From Paraspadella gotoi (lineage: Eukaryota; Animalia; Chaetognatha), in the NCBI GenBank assembly GCA_051294375.1, contig JBJCIZ010000619.1, forward strand, positions 1 to 6,730: a stretch of DNA of 6,730 bases, written 5' to 3'. A program made the position numbers and the translations under genes. Below are positions 1-6,492 of this stretch, in pieces (position 1 is the first letter of the stretch; each line of letters begins with the position of its first letter). The notes under the pieces are model-generated. The model did no database searches. It saw only the letters and a list, made by a program, of their open reading frames with translations, and was not told the origin of the DNA.

Positions 1-111
1 GTAAAATTTGATAAAACGTTTAGTCGAGGTGATTAGGATCTGATCAATCGCATCCCGCCCAATAGGATTTCTAATCGGGGTGAGTGTTATTTGCACCACA
101 AAACCACTTGT
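1..111 (-). CDS. Putative internal exon of a minus-strand spliced gene, running off the left edge; product unknown
   Basis: The minus strand reads AATTTTTAG (acceptor AG at 113-112), followed by 37 stop-free codons to the window edge (TSGFVVQITLTPIRNPIGRDAIDQILITSTKRFIKFY). A candidate donor GTTAGT at 212 is phase-compatible with the upstream frame TYEPCSIVLSQGVGK (257-213). Confidence 0.35.
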
Positions 112-437
112 CTAAAAATTTATAGTATTTGACTGTTAAAACTTAAGAGGAGCAAACTGATTGCAAGCCAATATAGAAAATAATCCAGTGTAAAATGTAT
201 AATATAACTAACTTTCCCGACTCCCTGACTTAGGACAATGGAACAGGGCTCATAAGTTTAATTAGACATAGCTATGATCCTTCAATAAAGGAGCTCAGTT
301 TATAGTTGTTCACTTATTTTTTCTTTTATTTTTCACTTCTAATTCAGGTGAAATATATGATTTCGAAATTGCTAATTTTGGCACGAGAAAGTAAGCTGAT
401 AAACATTTAAATAAAATCTGACAAATCATTAATTCAC

Positions 438-695
438 CTAATTTATTTTAATTTGAAACGGCCGCCGCTTTTCCGCCACCCCCCCCCTTTCAAGGTTGGC
501 GTTCACCTTCCTCAACAGCGCGCCAACTTCCTTGTCTACCTCAGTGCGTGACAGGCGGTGGAAATTCCGCGAGCTAGCTGTCCTGGAGACGATTTCCTGC
601 GCTGCCAGCGGCTGGCGACGCGGGGGTTGGAGGGGTGAAGAGGGAATGAGAAGGAGAAGAGACGAGGCAGCGTAGGACAAGTTGCTTGTCCACTG
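438..695 (-). CDS. GC-rich exon-like segment, hypothetical protein; reading frame uncertain
   Basis: GC-rich island directly after a long minus-strand CT tract and the acceptor CTCTTTCAG|CAG (696/693). The frame is open 695-441 (QWTSNLSYAASS...RTEVDKEVGALLRKVNANLERGG...). An alternative frame (VDKQLVLRCLVSSPSHS...QDS*) would match the donor at 1030. Confidence 0.35.
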   Translation of the reverse strand, partial: QWTSNLSYAASSLLLLIPSSPLQPPRRQPLAAQEIVSRTASSRNFHRLSRTEVDKEVGALLRKVNANLERGGVAEKRRPFQIKIN

Positions 696-732
696 CTGAA
701 AGAGGAGTTGATGAGGAAGAGGGTTTAGTTTA

Positions 733-870
733 AGAGAGAGAGAGAGAGGAGAGAAAGTGAGGAGAGAGAAGAGAGGAGATGAGGAGAAGAGAGAGAGAGA
801 GAGGAAGAGAGAGAGAGAGGGAGGAGCGAGACGAGGAGGAGAGGGACGAGTAGAGAGAGGAGAGAGAAGG
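733..870. repeat. Imperfect (GA)n/GGA microsatellite (CT-rich on minus strand, probably intronic or UTR)
   Basis: Directly visible GAGAGA/GAGGAG tract. It explains the low-complexity ORFs 725-925 and 757-951. Confidence 0.95.
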
Positions 871-1030
871 ATAGATGTGATCTGGAGAGAGGGAAAGGAT
901 TTTTTATCATTTCTATTTGTTTCATTTTTAAAGTTATTGTATATATTCTAAATGTTATTCTCTAAATATAGATTTCATTTGCCTTCTTTTTGTAGTTATT
1001 TCTTTTGTTATTAACCATTAACTCACTCAC

Positions 1031-1220
1031 GTCGCCCGACGAACTTACTGAGGATTTCAAACTTGGTCGTATCAAGGAAGTTAAAACAGGTATCAAGACG
1101 ATCCGATGATAAGAGAGAGGAGAGAAAGAGAGTTAACCAAACAGGTTGTTTGAATCTTACATTTGTAATTGACGAAAAAAACGGGTATCTGCGGGGTTGG
1201 ACACAAATATACGAGAACAA
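1031..1220 (-). CDS. Possible minus-strand exon ending at a consensus splice donor; product unknown
   Basis: Open minus frame (…DRLDTCFNFLDTTKFEILSKFVGR) ending at CGAC|GTGAGT (donor 1030-1025), followed by AT-rich then CT-rich sequence. The + strand also has open frames here, so strand is not certain. Confidence 0.25.
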
Positions 1221-1428
1221 AAACCTAAACGTCCTGCCCTGTTACTGAACGATTTGATACGCCAAAGTTTTATTTTTTTCTTGGAGGCATATTTTATACT
1301 CTATATACAATCAAATAAAAATAAATTTACTAAATCTGTGATAAGGCCGCTAAAGCATGAACGGGCCTGGGCTGGGACCTGAAAAGTTTTTCCAACGGAA
1401 GAGACCCCGGGCTTACGCGCCGTTCTCA

Positions 1429-1497
1429 AGCTTTCCGACCAGGGTACGGGTACCAGGGTGGATTAATTAAACCCGCGTACCTAGGTGTCAGTGAGCT
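1429..1497. other. Imperfect GC-rich hairpin / inverted repeat
   Basis: GGGT(1448-51)/ACCC(1471-74), GGTAC(1443-47)/GTACC(1477-81), ACC(1438-40)/GGT(1484-86) and AGCT(1429-32)/AGCT(1494-97) are complementary pairs around a 19-nt loop. Confidence 0.45.
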
Positions 1498-1510
1498 GGG
1501 ATGCTTTTAC

Positions 1511-1778
1511 CTCAATGGAGACCACCGGGAGCGAGAAGAGTCGTCACAACTGAGGAAGTGGCACCAAAGCTTATAGCGGAGAGATGGACAGGGTGAGAAA
1601 CTGAGGCAATGCCCGACCTAAAAATCAACTCCAAGGGCGTCGAGGTGGGAAGATTTCTTAGTAAATATTGTTCGTTTTTATGCGGCGGACGCGAATTTAT
1701 TGCATACGAATCAAAAAGCCATACTTGGAGAGTGTAATATTTTTCAGGGGAGTGGAGTCCTGTAGGACGCTGAAACAA
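1511..1778 (-). pseudogene. Exon-like ORF of unknown product; possibly a frameshifted AID/APOBEC-like deaminase remnant
   Basis: 88-codon ORF of ordinary composition, bounded by the acceptor-like TTTGTTTCAG and donor-like GAG|GTAAAA (1510). It contains YAINSRPPHKNEQYLLRNL and, after a 1-nt shift at about 1617, VGHCLSFSPCPSL. The family call is by eye only. Confidence 0.25.
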
Positions 1779-1995
1779 ATGACATTGGTATTATTAGTGT
1801 CTTGTCTTCAAGATTCACCTGATTTTAAACTTTTCATACGTATCCAAAAAGATTCTTTATGTAAACCTAGGTGGTTGAGGGAAGCTGGAGGGAGCACAAG
1901 GTTTCAGCAGTAGAAGGGGAGAGAGTGAAGAATGCTGTCTTTTGGGATGTTGTGAGGTGTTGAGTGAGATAGAGATGAGTTTTATGGGGTGAGTG

Positions 1996-2033
1996 TTTTT
2001 TTTTTTTTTGTTTTGTTTTTTGCTTTTGTTTTT
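1996..2033. repeat. Poly(T)/TTTTG low-complexity tract
   Basis: Directly visible T run followed by TTTTG-type units. Confidence 0.85.
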
Positions 2034-2899
2034 CCAACGTGGCTCACCAACGTGTGTGGACGCAACAAGATAAATAACAAATAACTGGTCAAAAACTCAA
2101 GGATGCTAAGTCTGGGATAACAGATGGCGGATAATTTACAAAGAGTAAGGGAAGTTTGACGTTATAAGGAGAAGGAGCAAATAAGTCGAAGTAAATGGAA
2201 AGTAAGGGTCAGATGGATGTTGTGGAACCGAGCGGTGCGTGTTGTGGTAGTTGTATCGCGTACCACTTTTTTTTCAGGGGAGGCGTAAGGTAAAACAGAA
2301 AAAATTTGTAGGGGGAGGGAAAAGATTAAACGGAATATGCACCTAATAATATGTCCAAATACTTTATGTAACGTATTTGCTTACCTTTTTTAACGCTTTT
2401 TATTATGCATTTTTCAAAAAATCTTGCATTTGATTGAGGTTTAATTATCTTGACTATCAGTATCGTATAAATTTTTTTTTGATTTTTTGTTTTTAAAAGT
2501 AGTTGTAATACAAAATAACCATTACTTAAGTAACTTTACCCGAGCCTAGCCACGTCTTTTCTTTAAAAATTCGTTTTTTTATTTTTTAACCAACAAAGTG
2601 ATGTACATCTTGGCCAGAAGCGCGATTATTGATATACTACAAATAAGTACTTCCAATAATTTTAAACTGTTATGTTATTAGAATGAGAAAATTAAATAAA
2701 ATATTCAAACCAATTCTTTTTCCAGAACCACTTCATTTCGTTTATGAGAGAACAGTACATTTATTAACGATATAACGAAATTCAACTTTTTAACTTCAAA
2801 CGAATCGAAAACATAAAATGATGAAAACAAATGAATTGCCATCTCGATCACTATACCGTACTTTATCATTTTACACACATTATCATCTTATCATTTAAA

Positions 2900-3061
2900 C
2901 TAATAAATTTCAGGGAAATCATCGCTCTGTTTTCGAATCCTTTCCAATCCTTCGCCGACAAATGTAGAGACAGAGACACTCTCTCTCTCTCTCGATTCCA
3001 TCGCGTGGGGATAAACGCTACCCTCAATTCCGTTGCCAAGACGACGAAAACTGTTTATTCC
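2900..3061 (-). pseudogene. Exon-like fragment with a protein-kinase Gly-rich-loop-like motif
   Basis: The minus frame, open 3100-2903, reads …GINSFRRLGNGIEGSVYPHAMESRERESVSVSTFVGEGLERIRKQSDDFPEIY*. LGNGIEGSVY (3040-3011) fits LGxGxxGxVY and follows a pyrimidine tract with AG sites at 3062 and 3051. No VAIK lysine or downstream kinase subdomains are seen. Confidence 0.25.
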
Positions 3062-3514
3062 CTCGGGAACAAAGAAAACCGAAAGAAAAAAAATTTGAAC
3101 TCAAATTGAACTTGAATTGAAAATGAATTAAAAATGAACTGACTTTTCTTTCTCGCCGTAAACTTTATCAGAACGAACCAGCGTTCACTTTTTCGCAACG
3201 GAACTACTCAAAATAAAATAGACAATGTAAATTGTAAAATAAATTAGAGTTACTCCCGCTTTGAAGACCGCGTTAAAACAGTTCTTCCCTCAAACACAAT
3301 TTGGGATTAAAACTCACACAAGCGCCGCTGGAGGCCGAGATACAATTCAGTACCAAATCCAAATAAAAGTGAGAATTTATAAACCCAACGTACAAAATAT
3401 AAATCAGCGACTACAATTTACAATATTAAAAAAAAATGTGAAATGTAAAATTTTACATTCCCTGACGAGAATTATTGAATCTTATCAGTAGCTATGTATA
3501 AGAAATTTTATTAC

Positions 3515-3569
3515 TAACTATCCCTATCCATAACCCTAAACTATCCATAACTTATCCCTAACCCTAAAC
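3515..3569. repeat. Degenerate telomere-like (TAACCC)n array, interstitial
   Basis: Units read TATCCC TATCCA TAACCC TAAAC TATCCA TAACT TATCCC TAACCC TAAAC (3519-3569), variants of the TTAGGG complement. Confidence 0.75.
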
Positions 3570-3610
3570 AGCTTCTTACCCTAGTCGCTCAAAAAAGATT
3601 TAATTACGAA

Positions 3611-3666
3611 TCAAATCTGTTCGCTACTGCTGCCGCCGCTGCTGCCTGCGCCGCTGCTGCCGCCGC
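3611..3666 (-). CDS. Putative terminal exon encoding a Gly/Ser-rich tail (GCN-type trinucleotide repeat)
   Basis: Acceptor TTTTTCGTTTTTACGGCTGCAG ends at 3667. Joining to the donor GAAG|GTTTAT (3785) gives in-frame …WNFGRE-GGGSSGAGSSGGSSSEQI* with TGA at 3613-3611 (119-nt AT-rich intron). Confidence 0.4.
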
Positions 3667-3785
3667 CTGCAGCCGTAAAAACGAAAAATTTTAAAAAATA
3701 ACATCGTTTTTAAACTTAACAATTCTTGAAACCACATTAAGAAAACTATTTATTTTAAATTTTTTTTATTCCGAATGCAATAAAC

Positions 3786-3963
3786 CTTCCCGCCCAAAAT
3801 TCCAGAATTCTCTTGAGTTCCAATCTGCAAAGGCGTTGTTCGCCATCACGTGAATGGCGGCACTTTCTTGCCAGAAGATCTCAACCGCCACATTTACAGG
3901 TCGCAACACGCAGTTTTTACTCGGGGCTTTAATGGTTCCCGCCCCCGGCTCGTTGATGTTCAA
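3786..3963 (-). CDS. Putative exon of a minus-strand gene, hypothetical protein (possibly decayed)
   Basis: GC-richer island with an open frame LNINEPGAGTIKAPSKNCVLRPVNVAVEIFWQESAAIHVMANNAFADWNSREFWNFGRE ending at a donor. An in-frame TAA lies just upstream and no clear acceptor or ATG defines the 5' end. Confidence 0.4.
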
Positions 3964-4147
3964 TTGTTAGTAACACACGTTCCCAAGATTTTTCGGTACG
4001 ACATATGGCTATAACTATACTGTTAGATATGGTATGCTTTATTGCTTAACTGTAGATAATATTAGTTTTGTAGAGAACTGGAGTTTCTAACCCCACCATA
4101 TTCAGGGTCAACAGGTCATACAGTCAGGGCAGGAACAACGGATAAGC

Positions 4148-4562
4148 TCATTTATTGAAAGAATAAATATAATTTTGATTGAATATTGAATGTATTCCAT
4201 CTGGCATATTGTAGAAATTTCTCCCGGATAAGAGATTATTTAATGGTGAAGTGGTCCTTTTACACAATTGAAACATTACTTTGTATAATCTATGAACAAC
4301 TTTACTAGAGAAGACGGGTTACACTGAAATAGTGAATAAACGATACCGCTGACTGTGAGCAGAGTCTTGAATCGAAAGGTCATCTAACAGTCTTTTTTCA
4401 TTGTGGTGAGTGATGGAGGTCCTAAAACCACCAAAGCCTGATCCAAAGTCAGGGAAAAAATAAACTAATTCCATAGATTGAAAATGGTCAAATTTTTCAT
4501 ATTCGTTCAGATACCCACATTTTGATAATAATCTATTGAATAATTGGCTCGCAGTTTTAGAC
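4148..4562 (-). pseudogene. Interrupted reading frame resembling a zinc-dependent AID/APOBEC-like cytidine deaminase
   Basis: One minus frame of about 137 codons in AT-rich DNA with a single internal stop (TAA 4321-4319): SKTASQLFNRLLSKCGYLNEYEKFDHFQSMELVYFFPDFGSGFGGFRTSITHHNEKRLLDDLSIQDSAHSQRYRLFTISV*PVFSSKVVHRLYKVMFQLCKRTTSPLNNLLSGRNFYNMPDGIHSIFNQNYIYSFNK*. HNE is at 4405-4397. Both Cys of PCxxC are missing. Confidence 0.3.
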
Positions 4563-4709
4563 CTAATTGTATGTATATAACATTTATAACATATTCGCTA
4601 ATTTCTTTTAGAATGATGGCAAGAATTGAAGCGAATTATCGTTTCGTTTACTGAAAATAAACGAACATTTCCATGCAAATCTTGACAGAAAAATTATGGA
4701 GTTAATGAT

Positions 4710-4856
4710 GAAAAAAAGAAAGAAAAGAAAGAAAGAAAGAAGAAGGAAAGAAAGAAAAGAAGAAAGAAGAAAGAAAAGAAGAAAGAAGAAAGAAGAAAAA
4801 GAAAGAAAGTAAAGAAAGAGAGAGAAACAAAGAAACAAACATAAAAAAAAGAAAGA
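4710..4856. repeat. (GAAA/GAA)n purine-rich microsatellite
   Basis: 4710-4809 contains only A and G, continuing as A-rich sequence to about 4856. It explains the F/L/S-rich ORF 4608-4838. Confidence 0.95.
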
Positions 4857-4864
4857 TCTTTTAC

Positions 4865-5046
4865 CCTCTGATGTTAACGCTGTTTCTCAACCCAATCATT
4901 GCAATCACGATCACTGCAGAACGGCGTTTGCGGGGCAAATGTTGGTGACGGCGTTCCGAAAGAGAAAACTTCCACCTTCGGCGGCAGTGAAAGCAATTCG
5001 AGGTAGAAAAGATGGTGGCGTCGTCGTCGTTGGAGAGGGAGGGAAT
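4865..5046 (-). CDS. Possible GC-rich exon upstream of the deaminase-like frame; frame uncertain
   Basis: GC-rich island ending at AGAGG|GTAAAA (donor 4864), followed by a long minus-strand pyrimidine tract. The frame …SAVIVIAMIGLRNSVNIRG (ATG 4899) is phase-compatible with the acceptor ATTAG|G at 4563. Confidence 0.25.
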
Positions 5047-5056
5047 TCAAACAGGT

Positions 5057-5131
5057 GAGGAGAGAGGGAGGGAGCAGAGGAGAGAGAGAGAGAGAGAGAG
5101 ATGGAGTAGAGAGGAGAGAGAGAGAGAGAGA
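5057..5131. repeat. Imperfect (GA)n microsatellite
   Basis: Directly visible GAGAGA tracts. They explain the RE-rich ORF 5012-5263 and the SL-rich part of ORF 4874-5167. Confidence 0.95.
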
Positions 5132-5576
5132 CCAGACCGACCCGGACACCGACGCAATATAACTCATTTATCCACTTTCACCTCTCCCATTCAAGACTTT
5201 TCTTCCTTCTTTTCCCTTCGGGTTCTTTTTTATTATGTTATTACTTCTGTAAATCTTCGATGACTTTTCACTACACTTAACTGCATGTCTATCTCGGCTT
5301 GGAACGCTCGTTGTTTGTCACTGTCTTTTCGATTATTACTCATCATCCTAGAGTATGTTGTGTTGTATTTGATTATATTCTACTTGGATATGGAGATAGT
5401 ATCCCAGAGTAAGTCACAGTTTTCCGATATGGAGAGGACACAGAAACTCCGGACCGTTCATTATACGTGATTTTTGATTTCCCAAATGAATACCATTTGG
5501 CGGGAAAAAACTTGGGGATTTCCTGCTCAGCGATCTGCGGAAACGGAGGCCCGGAATGTCAGTAATGGGGGTACTG

Positions 5577-5665
5577 GGAGGTAGGAGGAGAGTGTATGTG
5601 TATGTGAGGGAAGGGTGAGGAGGGGAGTGAGGAGAGAGAGGAGGATGTGGAGGTAACGGAGGAGC
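5577..5665. repeat. GGA/GA-rich low-complexity tract
   Basis: Visible GGAG/GAGG repeats. They give the Pro/His-rich start of ORF 5414-5677. Confidence 0.7.
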
Positions 5666-6130
5666 ATGGTGAAGCAAGCGGCGAAATCCTGTAACCCAGT
5701 TGAACCCAGTCGACGTGCATTTTCTTCACTCCAGAAAGGGCAAAGTGCGGGACGATCGTAAGGTAGGTTTTGATTTTAGTCCGTTTTTAGTCTTTATTGC
5801 GGAAATCGAGATTTTAGAAGTTGTGCTGTCTGGTTTCGCTGTGGTGCGTTTGTTTTCCAAAAGCCCTAAAACTTTCTTCAAAGTGCCACCGGACTTCCGT
5901 GGTCTGTCTCCGTCCTGCCAGTCTTGTTTCCTTAATGTTCTTTCTTTTTTTTTTCCACTTTTTCCTTTTTTTTTTCATTTTTACATGATACATCTGCTTT
6001 GCCGATCTCCTCTTCCTCACCAAGTCTGGCCGATCCCCAAATATCGATGATCGTACACTATCATCGAAAAGTTCTCCAGAATTGATACTGGCTAGTTTTT
6101 CTCCTCTCTCCTCTCACAAAACCGGTGTGA

Positions 6131-6168
6131 AGATTGGCTACCCGGGTCCCCTCAGGGTGGGTTAATCT
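6131..6168. other. Hairpin (13 pairs including G-U, one bulge, 11-nt loop)
   Basis: AGATTGGCTACCC (6131-6143) pairs with GGGTG(G)GTTAATCT (6155-6168). Confidence 0.45.
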
Positions 6169-6296
6169 ATACAAATCCGAGAACGAGAGAGAAAAATTGG
6201 TTTTATTTGTAAATTAAATAATTTAAAAATAATTTTGAAATAAGTACAATTTTACGACCGGCGCGTTGTGAAAACATGGGACGAGAAGAACCAATG

Positions 6297-6492
6297 GTAG
6301 CATAATGTTTTAATTAATTCGTTGGTGCATTTTGTTTTCCTTATTTTATTAATTATTTTTCCTTATTTTTTTCTTTTCATTTTTTTTATTATTTTTTTTC
6401 TGTATTTTTCCTGATTTTTCTCTAAATTTTTCTAACCAAGGATCTTCAATTCCGCCAATTTTCATTTTACAATTATCATTTTTCCCTTTCAG
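6297..6492 (+). other. Putative spliceosomal intron (T-rich)
   Basis: GTAGCA at 6297, a very T-rich body and TTTTTCCCTTTCAG ending at 6492. Splicing joins ATG-initiated MGREEPM (6276-6296) in frame to the 6493 exon. An alternative acceptor CTAACCAAG lies at 6440. Confidence 0.45.

Noticed and set aside
213-257. TYEPCSI motif resembling a deaminase T-x-EPC as a third copy
   Set aside because: There is no second Cys and no upstream HxE, and stops lie immediately upstream in frame. It is too short to support.
725-951. ORFs 725-925(-) and 757-951(+)
   Set aside because: They are translations of the GA/CT microsatellite and have no real start context.
1740-2282. 13-nt direct repeat TTTTTCAGGGGAG at 1740-1752 and 2270-2282 as a target-site duplication
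   Set aside because: It is low complexity and resembles a splice-acceptor consensus. No terminal repeats or element features lie between the copies.
3095-3141. Degenerate TGAA[CT] periodic repeats
   Set aside because: Short AT-rich low-complexity run with no spacer structure; not a CRISPR or iteron array.
3440-3470. Possible hammerhead ribozyme: GAAA-TGTAAAATTTTACA-TTC followed by CTGACGA
   Set aside because: Only about 2 nt separate the would-be cleavage site from CUGACGA, leaving no room for stem I, and no stem II partner is present. It is an AT-rich palindrome.
4608-4838. Hydrophobic F/L/S-rich ORF resembling a membrane protein
   Set aside because: It is simply the reverse complement of the GAAA repeat.
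5012-5263. RE-rich + ORF
   Set aside because: It is driven by the (GA)n tract.
5700-6050. Longest ORF in the track (116 aa, +)
   Set aside because: It has a TTG start and its 3' part is a T-tract (poly-Phe). It looks like the antisense shadow of the minus frame or a mix of exon and intron (GTAAG at 5758), and no motif is recognised.
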